Assembly: GCF_006345805.1 (NCBI RefSeq)
Contig: NC_043014.1
Span: forward strand, 21,762,001-21,826,000
Origin: Octopus sinensis
Lineage: Eukaryota
Length of the DNA stretch: 64,000 nt
Reading direction: 5' to 3'
Shown: positions 26,094 to 38,524 of the stretch, piece after piece
How the letters are laid out: each line of letters starts with the position of its first letter
Position numbering within the stretch: the first letter of the stretch is position 1
Translations under genes and position numbers: made by a program
The notes under the pieces: generated by a model
What the model was told of the DNA's origin: nothing
The model's database searches: none
The model's input: the letters and a program-made list of their open reading frames with translations, nothing else

Positions 26094-26868
26094 TTAAGCT
26101 TAATGATTATATAATGTACAAGAATTAAAGAAAAAAGGACTCATTATATTGAATGTTATCAATAATATCAAGTGGAAATAGGGGGTGCTGCAGTTCCATA
26201 GTACCTATAGACGAGCTGCCACTGGGCTCCACCAACAATTTCATCTTTTGGTGCACTTCCTTCTGAGCCCATTCATCAGTATAAATTCAGCACACTTGAC
26301 AGAGAGTTTTGAGATGCAGCAGAGAGAGTTTTGACAGACACCATAGGAGATGGCCAACAGAGATGGTAGACTATAGCTAACAACATAATGGCAATGAACA
26401 GTCAGAGGATGAAAATGGTTTTCGTCACTGTTTACAATTATCTTTAAAAAAGTTTTTTAATGAATTCATATAGATGTAATCTGTGATGCTGAATCCAAAT
26501 TTGTTATTCATTTATTCCAGAAAAATTTTGCAAAAATGTTACAGGTATTCAAAGTTTGAAAATTTTCAGAATTTTCAGTCAATCAGAAAACAGCACATTT
26601 GCTGCCTCTTCCATCATCTGGAGGGGGGGGGGACATCTGCATGTCAAAGCATTGCTAGAAATAATAGTCAAAACATTAAAATATATACGAATGAAGTTAA
26701 CATTAAAACATTCGTGAGCAAATTAAATATTTAAAAGCTACGAACAAACAAACCAACAGGAATTGCTAGAAACAACAGTCAAAACATTATTTGAAACAGA
26801 CATTTATTAGTTAAAGAAAATTTAAGAATGAAAATTTGCAAATACATTGTAGGATTTTATAAAATAAA

Positions 26869-27960
26869 CTAACTGGCCCTGTGCCATCAAAAACGATGGC
26901 TAATTGTAGTATTTTATATATAAATATGGATGGTAAATCAAATCAATACACTTGCCAATGTTATCTAGTGGTTGTCTTTACACACACACACACAAGCATT
27001 CACATACCTCCCTTTTGCATTTACACGCATATACTCACACAGAGTTGAAATGCTCCCACTACCAGTTTGCCATCACCCCTTCCTTCCCTATTCATCTATC
27101 ACCCCTTCCCTTCTCGTTCATATATTGTAATGGAGAAAAACAAAAGAGTATTATTATAGTAGATTATCTTTCTCATATCTCCTTCTCCTCCTTGTGCACA
27201 TGTGCAGCATCTTTAGTTACTATGTGATCACCTTGGTGATGTGTAAAAAACTTGCTTCTGATTGGCAAAAATACCTAAATTTTGCAAATTTTAAAGGCTA
27301 ATAACTTTTTAATTATGGATTTATAGGGAAAATGTATTGGGTTGTCCGGAAAATTCGTGCCAACTTTTAAAAGAAAGAAAAAGGTCAATAAATACTTGCC
27401 ATTACATTTTTAATCAACCAAATATGAACCATTTTGTTGCACCATGTGTCTCTATTGTTCCTTTAACTTGAAAATACCCTCTTCCCAGAATTGAGGTGGT
27501 TTCATGGCAAAGAATTCATCACGGTATCTTTTTACGTCATCCAAGGAATTGAAATTTTTACCATTAAGACTATTCTGCAGAGACCTGAATAAGTGGAAAT
27601 CTGAAGGAGCAATATCTGGTGAATATGAAGGGTTGGGTAGCACATCCCAGCCGAGCTGCAGCAATTTTTGTCTGGTTCCTAAATCATCAAGTGCCGAAAA
27701 TGAACTTTCTTATCTTCCATTTTAAAGGGTTACAGAATTAACACAGGTTATAGGAACATAAACCCTCTTCCAGGAAAAGATAGCTTAAACTGTGCTCTAA
27801 ATGGAGCTGTAGTCAAATTCTATTTTATGGACTCAACCATGTTCTAAAATAAGTCGAAAGGCAATGAACTTTCCAGACAACTCAAAAATTTTATTTCCAT
27901 AATTAGTACACAAAACTTAATCCATATACCAAATTTAAAAACAACTGGAACAAAATTGTA
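26869..27960 (-). mobile_element. Non-autonomous Helitron-type element, interrupted by a mariner
   Basis: 3' terminus TTAG|T at 26869 with hairpin gccatc-aaaaac-gatggc (26883-26900); 5' boundary approximate. Confidence 0.55.
27337..27885 (-). mobile_element. Internally deleted mariner element
   Basis: TA before left TIR ttgggttgtccggaaaattc, matching right TIR; WDVLPNPSYSPDIAPSDFHLF motif. Confidence 0.88.
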
Positions 27961-28653
27961 AACAATGACGAAAGCCATACAAAAATCCAAAGGCCATTAG
28001 AATTCAGTAGCATGGCAAGCGACTAACTACACTTTATCTGCTGCTACAACTACACCAAAAACATTAACATTCAAAACTCTCAATGTCATTCATACTAATA
28101 ATATTTTTGTCTACAAAAAGAATAAAATTTTGTGTATCAAAAATCTCAACAGATTTCACTGTCTAATTTCTCATGCAATTGGTGACCCTGTCTTCTTTCT
28201 TGTACATAGCTATATTCTAAAAGGATACTTCTATAGCAGAAGTGTAAAGAGCACCACAGTGTTGGTAACCTAGATGCTACCATCATGATAGCAGTAGTGT
28301 TAGGGAGCAGCACCGTTCTGGTAGTCTAGAAAATCTTTGTGGTTGCAAGTAAACAATGTAACTCTCTAGAAAATTTAGTGACTCCACTGTTTATTCTTTC
28401 TGAAGGCCATCATTCACCAAGTTACTATCTCCAAATAGCACCATGACTCCTAAGGTTACACTTCACCAAACATTGTAATATCAACAGATTATGACTCACT
28501 CAAAGCACTTCTACTGCTCCACAGCAACAACAATACTCACAGCCATGACAGGGATCTGTAGCTTCAAACTTAGAGAGTCAGCATAGAAAAAAACCTACAC
28601 AACAGCAGAAGTTTCTTAAGAGGAACATTAGTAAAAAGTAGTTGAATACTCAC

Positions 28654-28857
28654 ATTGTTGTTAACTGGTTTACATCGTCCAACAGTGATGAACCACCAAC
28701 GTGGTCTGATCGACCGGAAGAACCTGATTCCATCACATTTATTGTAACTGTAGCCACTATGGTTCATCAGCTGACATCCTGACCATTCATAGTCTTCAGA
28801 CAGGTCAACAATTTGGAAGTAATCAGGCCGCAGTACAGACACCTTGTCTTCACATGT
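28654..28857 (-). CDS. TMEM145: TMEM145-like coding exon, TCEDKVSVLRPD...WSGCQ...RSIRPRWWFITVGRCKPVNNN (204 bp, phase 0-0)
   Basis: Acceptor ttcatatag, donor gtgagt; WSGC and RWW motifs; overlaps ORF 28570..28842. Confidence 0.92.
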
Positions 28858-29019
28858 CTATATGAAATGTAAGAAACCATTGCAAAAGTTGTTGGTATAC
28901 CCATGTTGTTTAGTTATTTCAAATGACAACTGGTAAACAATAATATCACTGGTTGCAGGATTCCAATCACATAATTACTGGCTCACTGCATTTCTGACAA
29001 AATGACAAAACTGATGAAT

Positions 29020-29285
29020 CAGGGGTCCACACAAAACCCCGCTAGGACAAAACTCCCCTCTGGACTATGTGAATGAGAGGAAGACCATGGAGGAATTTCT
29101 GAATGACGTAGAGTACAGCATCAGGTTGTAATATAATAAACTTTAAAAGAACCTCAACACAAAATGATTAGAACAAAAATTATGATTTAAAAATTGCATG
29201 GTCTTTTTTTTTACATGGGGGGTGGGTTATCTTCATGGATTTTCTTTCCTTGCTTTTTTGTCCCCTAGGGGTTTTTGTCCTACAC
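29020..29285. mobile_element. Small MITE-like element with ggacaaaac(c)ccc-type inverted ends
   Basis: taggacaaaactcccc at the left end; ggggtttttgtcctaca at the right end. Confidence 0.45.
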
Positions 29286-30412
29286 TTGATGAATCAATAA
29301 AGTTGTTAGAGTAGCAGACAAAATGCCTTGTGGTACATGGTCCAGTTCTCTGCACTCTGAGTTCAAATTCTGTTAAGGACAGCTGTGCCTTTCATCCATT
29401 CAAGGGTGGTAAGTTATTAATGTCTAAGGTGGTTCACTGGCAGAATTATTGGAGCAGTGGACAAGACGCCTGGCAATATTTGTTCCACATTTTTATATTC
29501 TGAGTTCGTGAGTGGCAGACTTAATCTATCAAATAATTCAACAACATTCTCTGGTCCATGAATGCTTTTAACAGAGTTCATTCTGTTGCAAGAATTCATG
29601 CCATATCTGGTTTGGGGATAACTTCCTCTTACCAGCCTTGGTCTTGATTAAGGTAAAAAAAAGGAGGGGGGGCATGAGCACTACCCTTCCTTCCCTGACT
29701 AAACAGTAACAAAAATACACAACTCAGTGCAGAATTATTATTGAAAAGCATTTCGCTTAACGACCTGCAGGGAGGGGATCCATTTTCTGACCAGCATTTA
29801 CACCTTTTGCCTACATACATGTTGTGCTTGTGGTGGCAATTGTTGTAAAACACAGTGGTTTGTGGTTAGTACACCATATTGTAGTGGTGGCTGTTGTAAA
29901 GTCGATTTACGCACACACACGCACACCCCCAAATTATTAACCTGTCACAGTCTACATATGTAATGCTTTAAGTATGGAACAAAATCAAACACATAATCTG
30001 TTAAAGATACAACATTTATTTATATATTAACCATAAAACAACTGACTGATAAATATTTCAAATTATGTACTTATGTGTGTGTCCCATTTGGATTTACTGT
30101 AATGTAATAAACTGTTTAACCACACTGTTCACATGCCAGTCACACACTCTAACCAGTTTAACGATGACCTGTTACTAAATGAGCTCTTAATTACAGTGGA
30201 TTTATTTTTTAATGTTTATATATCAATTCTCTCTCTCTCTTTCTCTATGTATGTGAATATAAATATATATATTGTATATATAATTTCCTTGTCATTTCAA
30301 CTTCTTATTACTGCTCTGTACCTGAATGGTGATTCGTTTGGAGCAAATGCATATTGAGTTCTAACACCAAGTTATTAATATTGCTATGCATAAGCAAAAT
30401 ATTAATAATAAT

Positions 30413-30445
<33 letters not shown>

Positions 30446-30463
30446 TTATAACACACACACACA

Positions 30464-31290
30464 CAAAGGTGGGCTGAAAAGTTCATTGGCTGACTATGAA
30501 GGAGTGATGCTAGAGCAGTGAAATTCTGGCATGCATTACTTCAATCCTTCTTATTAACTGCATTTGTTTCTTTCCAAGTAAACTGACATCTGATTGTTCA
30601 AAGAAGACTTCAAAAGTAGCGAGTAGCAACTTCTCTTGAAAATCGACAAAATTTGGCATTGTGTTGCTATCAAATACCTGCAGAAAAAGGGTTTAGCCCC
30701 CAACAACATTCATGCTGACATGGTTGCTACATTAAGGGATGATGCTTCAGCTTTTATCAACAATGCAAAAGTGGGCAGCTGAATTTAAGATGGGAAAGAA
30801 GAGTCTTTAAGATAACCCAAGGTCTGGATGTCCTGCAATTGCAACAGAGAGAAGGAGACAATCCATGCAGTGGAAACACCCATCCTGACCTGCTTCAAAA
30901 GCCATGGTCATTTTATCTGTGAGAAGGTGATGGCCTAAGTTTTTTGGGATGCAAAAGGCATTGTATTTATTGACTATCCTCAAAAGGGCCACACCATCAA
31001 TGGCAGTTACAAAAGGCTATCAAAGCCAAACACCCAGGAAAACTGACAAAAGTGGTTGTTTCATGAGGACAATAAACTCCAGCACACAAGCTGCTGTGTG
31101 TGATTGTACCTTTGAACTTGTTGATCAGCCTCCCTTATTCTCCTGATTTAGCCCCATCTGACTATCATCTATTCCCCAACATGAAAAAATACTTGATTGG
31201 GAACAAATATCACAGTGATGATGACATCACATCTGCTGCTGATGACTATTTTGACCAATAGGACAAAAGCTTCTTCACTAATGTGATCCT
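30464..31290 (+). mobile_element. Decayed, internally deleted mariner (same family as 48362-49625)
   Basis: TIR ..ggctgaaaagttca; DNPRSGCP and PYSPDLAPSDYHLFPNMKK fragments. Confidence 0.85.
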
Positions 31291-31369
31291 TCTTATTCTT
31301 TAAAAGATGGTAAGTTGTGTCTTAATAAAGTTTTGACTTATTTCTAGTAGGTTATAACCATTGTAATTG

Positions 31370-31630
31370 TGACTTGTGGTTGTTACTGTTGTTGTTATCT
31401 TTTCAGTCCCTACTTCTGTTGTTGTTGTTGTTGTTATTGGGTGCACTTGCTACTGTTGATGTTGTTACTGTTACAGTTACTGCACAGGTTACAAATGTCA
31501 TCACCATGTTTACTGCTGCTGTCACCATGGTTACTGCTGTCATCACCATAGTAATTGTTGCTACAGTTACTGCTGTTGTTGCCATGGTTACTGCTGCTGT
31601 TGCTATGGTTATTGTTACTTATTGTTGCTG
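31370..31630. repeat. Trinucleotide-derived (gtt/gct/act) repeat with 21-24-bp higher-order units
   Basis: Repeated (c)catggttactgctg units; lies about 35 nt into the intron after exon 31662-31730. Confidence 0.8.
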
Positions 31631-31661
31631 TAACTCATTAAAGAAGTAGAAGGTACCTTAC

Positions 31662-31730
31662 CTTTTCACTGTCGTAAATCTCCTTCCATTGGTCATCAAA
31701 GTAGAAATACAGCTGCATACCCTGATAACT
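31662..31730 (-). CDS. TMEM145: TMEM145-like coding exon, SYQGMQLYFYFDDQWKEIYDSEK (69 bp, phase 0-0)
   Basis: Acceptor cttatttcag, donor gtaagg; matches the family LLYFDDxxQWxxVY segment. Confidence 0.88.
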
Positions 31731-32589
31731 CTGAAATAAGGGAAGAATAAGGGTGAACTCCAGGGTCAACACAGTAGTAGTTGCTATACTGTACTAACAA
31801 AGTCATGAATCAAGAAACTTCCAAATAAAGGTGAGATTATCAGATCCATGTAATAAGAGTGGTTATGTACAGTGACTCCTACCTCACCCTTATACTCTAG
31901 TAACTCTGAAATAAGGAGTAAGATTTCGCGATTCTTCACATTAGTTATCCTATCTACTTCACCCTACCAACAAAAAAAGAAGACTAACCTGACTTTATAT
32001 ACAGTTTAAAAGTCAAAAGTGAAATAAAATGGTCTACGGTGAAGAAGACAAAAATTCGACTTATCTAGCAAAGCCTATGACTCTTTGACAAAGGAAACTG
32101 CTTCAAATGTTAAACTTTTCTTCTTCCCCATAGTAAGCCAATTTATTCCAATTTTGAATTCACTAATGGCTGGCACATACTATCAATAACTTTCATGGAT
32201 CCTATTGTTAGCTTTATAAACAGTCTATAAGTATACATAAGAATGTCAATCTACTTCATGATCTGAAATAATTTAGAGAAAACATGGTCACTGACCAAAG
32301 GGTTCAAAATTTTGATGGCTCTAAAAAAAATCACTTGACCACATTGTTCATACAGTCATGTCAGGCCACACTGTGACTGCTCCTTTCTTGACTCCACCTA
32401 GAGGATGTACTCCACCAATAGTTTCACCACTACCCAGTGGATTCTATCAGACAGATCATGTAATCATGTGGTTGCATGTTCCAACGATGGAGTTTCTAAG
32501 TGGTCAAATGAGCCAATGATGGGGCCTTTATATAGTTACTCAACCAGTTAGAAATACTAGCCAAATCTCCCTCAAATCACACGTACTCA

Positions 32590-33330
32590 TATATATAGGG
32601 TACAGTGAATAAAATGTATTCTAAATTGTGCAAAAATGAAAATAACACTGACATCTCATTTTAACAGATATATTTACAAAAATAAGATAAAAATATTTTG
32701 AAATACTAAAGAGTAAATTTATTCAATAAAATCGCCATTGGCTTCAACCACAGTCTCCAGACGACTTCAGAATCTCCTGAAACTCTTCTAGATGATCTCC
32801 TTGTTTAAGTTGCTGAATGCTGCCATAATCCTTGCCTTCAGTTCATCTTTGGTGTTGCAAAGAGTTTTGTTGGTCTCTCACTCAACTGCACCCCACACAC
32901 AATAATCACGGAGGTTGCAATCTGGGGAGTTAAGTGGCCAGATGTTAGGGGTGATATGGTCACAGAAATTGTCTGACAGCCATGACTGGGTTCTCCTGCT
33001 TGTGTGGCATGTTGCAGAGTCCTATTACCAGACATAGGGTTTTCCAGCAGCCACCCTCTTGACTCAAGGCAGCACTACCTCCTCCAAGCATTTGATGTAG
33101 GCCTCCGTGTTGAGTCTGAGGCTATGTGTGAAGATGAATGGAGGCATAACGTTGCCATCACTAGTGATCACTCCAAACATCATGCTGTTGACTGGATGTT
33201 TGATTTTTATCACTCTCAGTACATGTCCTCAGATTGACACCCAAACACTCTGGAATGTTCGTATTGGAGCCTCTGATGCAAACACCAAGAAGTACAGCAT
33301 GTCGTTTCCAAACTTCTGGCAGAGTGAACT
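32590..33330 (-). mobile_element. Decayed Tc1/mariner-superfamily transposase, maT/DD37D-like
   Basis: VW*QDSATCHTSRRTQSWL...PNIWPLNSPDCNLRDY.VWG motif. Confidence 0.75.
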
Positions 33331-33464
33331 GCATCTTGGTGCTGTTTTTCTCACTAATGTTACTCAGCTGACTCTACTATATTGTGTAGTCGACAAAATC
33401 AAAAACATACAATGCACATACGCAAAATTAAAAATATAAAATGGTGACAATTTACCCATCACAC

Positions 33465-34548
33465 TCTCGGCTTGCTAAAAAAAAGAGTAGGCTGGGCAAA
33501 AGTTCTGTTACTCTGCTGGTAACAAGGGGCCTCTCACTCAGAGTGAAAGGAAGACTGCATGATAGCTGTGTGCGAACAGCTATGCTACATGGCAGTGAAG
33601 TATGGGCTGAGACTGCTGAGTACATGCGTAAGCTTGTAAGAAATGAAGCTAGTATGCTCTGCTGGATGTGTAATGTCAGCATGCATGCACAACAGAGTGT
33701 AAACGTCCTGAGAGAAATGTTGGGCATAAGAAGTATCAGATGTGGTGTACAAGAGAGATGACTGCGCTAGTATGGTCATGTGTTGCATATGAATGTGGAC
33801 AGCTGTGTGAAGAAGTGTCACACTCTAATGTTGGTAGACCCAGGAAGACATGGGACAAGGTGGTGAAGCACGATCTTCGAATGGTCAGCTTCACAGAAGC
33901 AATGACAAGCAACTGAGACCTTTGGAGATATGCCGTGCTTGAGAAGACCAATCAAGCCAAGTGAGATTGTAGTTGTGGCTGATGCCAGTGCCATTTGACT
34001 GGCATCCATGCTAGTGGCACGTAAAAAAACACCGGTCAAGCGTTGGCCCTCATGGAGGCAGTGACATCATGCCGAGTGAGATTGTAGTTGTGGCCGATGG
34101 AAGTATGGCATAACTGTCTCATTAAAAGCACCCTTCAATTATTGGCCAATATGTTGTGTTTTTGAAAACATGTCGAACCAAGTGAAATTGTAATCATGGC
34201 TGAAGCTAGTGCCATCTGCCTGGCATGTAATAAGCACCATTCAAGCATTGGGCCTCATGGAGGCATTGACAGGTGACCAAGACCTTTGGCAATATACCAT
34301 GCTTGTGTAGACCTGTCAAGTTAAGTGAAACCATAGTCGTGACTGATGCCGCTGTCAGGTAATTGGCACCCATGCCAATGGCACATAAAAAACACCCACT
34401 ACACTCTCGGAGTGGTTGGTGTTAGGAAGGGCATCCAGCCGTAGAAACCTTGCCAAATCAGATCAGAACCTGGCTTACCAGTTTTCAGTCAAACTGTCCA
34501 ACCCATGCCAGCATGGAAAGCAGACGTTAAATGATGATGATGATGATA
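33465..34548 (+). mobile_element. Older RTE-LINE 3' fragment with (GAT)n tail
   Basis: LLVTRGLSLRVKGRL...AMLHGSE, homologous to 23790-24811. Confidence 0.85.
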
Positions 34549-35135
34549 TATATATTTCATCTTTTATTTGTTTCAATCATTAGACTGTGGCCTTGCTGGG
34601 ACACCACCATGAAGAATTTTTAGTCAAATGAATCAACCCCAGTACTTCTTTTCTATTTTTTTTTTAAGACTGGTATTTATTCTACTGATCTCTTGTGCTG
34701 AACTGCTAAGTTATGGAGACATAAATATACCAATACTGGTAGTCAAGTGGTAGTGAGGGACAAAAGCAGAGACAAAGAGACACACATATACAGCCGTAAT
34801 CTGGAACATAACTGAGAGTCACTACAGTATCTGCCCAGATGATATATCCTTCCAAACTTTTACACACACACACATATATATATCTTTTAAATTTGTTTAC
34901 AGGAAACATTTTGAATATTCAAATAAAGCTCCTATTCTATTATGCTGGCTACAGTCTAATAATGCTAACTGCTGAACCAGTTTTTTGGGGTTGTACCAAT
35001 ATAATGTAGGATAAATATAGTAATAGCAATAATCCTTGGATGGAATTTATAAATATTCTTAAGAGACATGTGATTTGTGGAAACACATGTAGCAATGCAT
35101 TAAAATATTTATAAATTCCAGCCGAGAATTATTAT

Positions 35136-35209
<74 letters not shown>

Positions 35210-35473
35210 GTGGGGGTCACAAAAGTGACAGAGGGTACTGACTAGCACCAGCTATTACTAGAAACAAGAGTTAAAAGTCATAACTCAAAAACGACAGAGT
35301 ATTTGGAGACTTACTTCCCTTTGTCAGTCATTAAGTACAGTGCTTAGTGGCTTTTGAGTTGTTTTAACTCTTATTTCTAGTAAATAGCTGGTGCTGGTCA
35401 GTACTCCCTGTCACTTTTGTGACCTATCAATTTTGGCGTTAGGTTCAAATTGCTAATTAGCCAATTCAATATG

Positions 35474-35528
<55 letters not shown>

Positions 35529-35544
35529 ATATACACATACACAC

Positions 35545-35705
35545 ACATAGGATTCTTTCAGTTTCCCTCTACCAAATCCACTCACAAGGCTTTGGTTAAC
35601 CAGAGGTTATAGTAGAAGGCACTTGCCCAAGATGCCATGCACTGGGACTGAACCCAAAACCATGTGGTTGAGAAGCAAGTTTCTTACCACACAGCCACAC
35701 CTGTG
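35545..35705 (-). mobile_element. tRNA-derived SINE, family A head
   Basis: Reverse complement of the 3903-4075 type. Further minus copies at about 39020-39175 and 57690-58062. Confidence 0.75.
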
Positions 35706-36065
35706 CCTACTATATCTAGAAAGGAAATGGAATGGTCACAGTTAAATTGCATTTGATCATAACTCTGCTTGATCAGAGCAGCCCTGAGATTAAACATTTG
35801 GTGGTGTATATCTAACAACAAATGTAAAAAAAAATATTTAAAAAATATTACACAACACATCTTTATTTGCTTAATAGAGCAGTAACAGGAAATAATCACA
35901 ATGAAAGGATTAAATTACCACACAATTGTTGATCACATACATTCAATAAATTGTCTTAGTGTCCAGTTAAAAGAGAAAAAGATGGGTTGCAATCAAAATT
36001 AGCAAAGAATAAAACTGAATAGTACCAATAATATATTGAATTCAGTGCCAGAGAAAACCACTTAC

Positions 36066-36155
36066 AGCAGGAAACTGGAAGGAATACTGTACTGAACCAA
36101 GACGGTTCTGATCATCTCCAGACAAAAAGCAAAAGCGAGTCAGGAATTTCCAGTT
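36066..36155 (-). CDS. TMEM145: TMEM145-like coding exon, NWKFLTRFCFLSGDDQNRLGSVQYSFQFPA (90 bp, phase 0-0)
   Basis: Acceptor ttttacag, donor gtaagt; matches the family DWVFLTRFCFLS motif. Confidence 0.92.
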
Positions 36156-37838
36156 CTGTAAAAGTAAAAATATCAAAATGGGTAATACATATTATATACG
36201 TCTAACAAGTAGTTTCTCTGAAAGCTATTTTACATGCATTTCTCTCATGTTTCCTTGTCCTTCATTTTTAGTCAGTCTTATGCTGAGCCAGACAACAGTT
36301 CATCCACATCCACCATGTCTGTCACTGGGCTGCAAAGGCTAGCACTGGTTTCTTAGGACAGTGTGTGGAGAAAGCTGCAGGCGCCTTGCTGTACCCAAGA
36401 AGACCTGTCCTCCACAGCAGAAGTGTTGACGCTCCTCCCCTTGATGAAGAGGATTGGCTTGCAAGAGCCCAGTGCTGGTGCCACATTAAAAGCACCCAGC
36501 ACACACTATAAAATGGTAGGCATTGGGAAGGGCATCCATCCACAGAAACCAAGCCAAATCAGGCTGGAACCATGATTCGATCATGCAGAGATACCCGGCA
36601 TTGCCCGTGTTACATGCAATTGAAGAATTAGATTTTACTGTTCTATTTTTTGTAATGAACTGGAATATCTATGTTTCGAATTTCATCAAAATTGCAGATG
36701 AGGGTTATCTCCCTCCTTACACACCCTAAAAAAGATTGTAATCGTGCCACATGTATCCCATACTACTGATTTTTATGCACATATTCCAAAATTCCAGTTT
36801 TATTGAACCTGTTAAAAAGATTTTGCTCCTGAAAAATGAAGGTTATGGAGCTCTAAAATGTGAGAGTTAAGGGCCCTCTTGGGGGTGGGCATCTTAATGT
36901 CAACCAGAGAAGTTGAATTGTTGAGAATCTTTTTAACTTGGGTCTTATATCTATTGTTTGAATTTCTTTGAAATAGGAAATATATGTTCACTGGGTTTGT
37001 AAAAGAGAGCAAAGCTACAGGAAACCAAAAGACCAATGATCACAATAAGCAGTCAGTTACCCTACCCTAGTTGTTACCACTCCCAATGTAGGATTCCTCA
37101 CCATCCAGGTGACAGGCACAGCTGTAAAATGCATTACGAATCTATAGCAATTGGAAGGGCATGACCCAACTGAAATAAACATTAACAGCTGTGTGACGTG
37201 AGGGCTAAGGAGAAATGAAAGTGTCACCTCTGGAGTTTGAAAATGACCACTATACTGATATGTAACTGGACAGAATAAATTTACAATCTATAAATGTCTT
37301 TGAATAACCAGTCACTCATCTGGGAAGGCCTTGAAATCAATGTTACCATCTGGGGACTATGTGTGACCCAGTGATAATAAAAAGACTGAAAGGAGGTCTG
37401 CAATCAAATAACTTTACTCAACACTTTGCAACTGAATCAGTGGAGGCAAAGATGCCTCTCAGTTACTTGACAATTTATGCAGCACATTGCAGACATCACA
37501 ATATAAGCGTATATCAAAGCAAACTGTGACACTGTTGTGCCATTGAATTACAAATAATGCTCATCTTTTATACTCAGGTAACACTACAGCTTCCAAGAGC
37601 ACAACTGTATACATTTTTGCTTAGATAAAATGCCAAAATTGTAGGTGTTAAGTCCCCATGGAGGGGTTTTTCTAACTTGTAAGAAGATGAAATTTTATAA
37701 ATATTACTTCATTTGTGTCTAATATCTATGGTTAAAATTTCAATTTCCAAATTTCATAAAGATGCATTCAGTACTTTTGACCTAGTTTTGGATCATAAAA
37801 GAAATTACTAAAATTTGGGAGTTAAGGCCCCCATTAAG

Positions 37839-37881
<43 letters not shown>

Positions 37882-37956
37882 AAATATTAGGGAATAAATC
37901 CAAACTTACAGAGAAAAATCAGATTTAGGATTGAATCCAATTTTATAGTAAAATAT

Positions 37957-38297
37957 TATATTATATTAAATTAGACATAAAACCACTATTAGGCAAATCA
38001 AACAATGAAAAACTTAAGCCAATACATAAGATTAATTAATTTATATTATTTAAATATATATCAAAATTATTAAAAAAGATAATTAATATAACACTACGAT
38101 CGTTTCATGGCTGTTCAATTCTTAAAATTTTCGAGTTACAGTCATTCTTCAGGTGGTTTACATATTTAACTTGGCGAGGTTTAATAATTTTGATATATAT
38201 TTAAATAATATAAATTAATTAATCTTATGTATTGGCTTAAGTTTTTCATTGCATGATTTGCCTAATAGTGGTTTTATCTCTAATTTAATATAATATA
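37957..38297. repeat. Foldback element: 118-bp inverted repeats (37957-38074 / 38180-38297) around a 105-bp spacer; Penelope-like origin inferred
   Basis: Arms differ at about 3 positions by manual alignment; (TA)n tracts on both sides. Confidence 0.9.
38092..38155 (-). ncRNA. Minimal type I hammerhead ribozyme motif, canonical core
   Basis: CAC-CUGAAGA-[AUGACUGU...ACAGCCAU, 7/8 bp]-GAAA-C-GAUC-GUA|GUG; palindromic stem III loop; 3-bp stem I. Confidence 0.7.
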
Positions 38298-38524
38298 TAT
38301 ATATATGGATTGATTTTCGTTATTTTTTCCCCTTTGCCGGCATAGATTGTTTTCAAGTACTTTGGTTTTTCTGGGAGTCCCTTTTAAAGTAGAAGAAATA
38401 GCTAAGGTTTTTTGACTGCTATTTCTAAACTTCGGTATGTGGTGAAGCAAATTTTGCTGAACCCTAATTATAAAGTATATATATAAATATATATACACAT
38501 AGATAGATATAGATATAAATATAT

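Larger units (their letters stand above)
6179..36155 (-). other. TMEM145: TMEM145-like (GPR180/TMEM145 family) gene span: 11 confidently assembled coding exons; first exon not located, last exon uncertain
   Basis: Exons join in frame with GT-AG introns and consistent phases. Recognised family motifs in order: NWxFLTRFCFLS, YFDD, WSGC, RWW, SADxF, LxxRQLxHxTYKMF, LMLILLGKGFTITR, FFDPGxVLYxYESPxGYGLIG, REKIVNG, FPFHxxTSQ. Confidence 0.93.

Noticed and set aside
31369-31649. Thr/Val/Ala-rich ORFs as a mucin or TM exon
   Set aside because: Simple trinucleotide repeat; read-through from the upstream exon meets TAA within 8 codons, and no splice sites fit.
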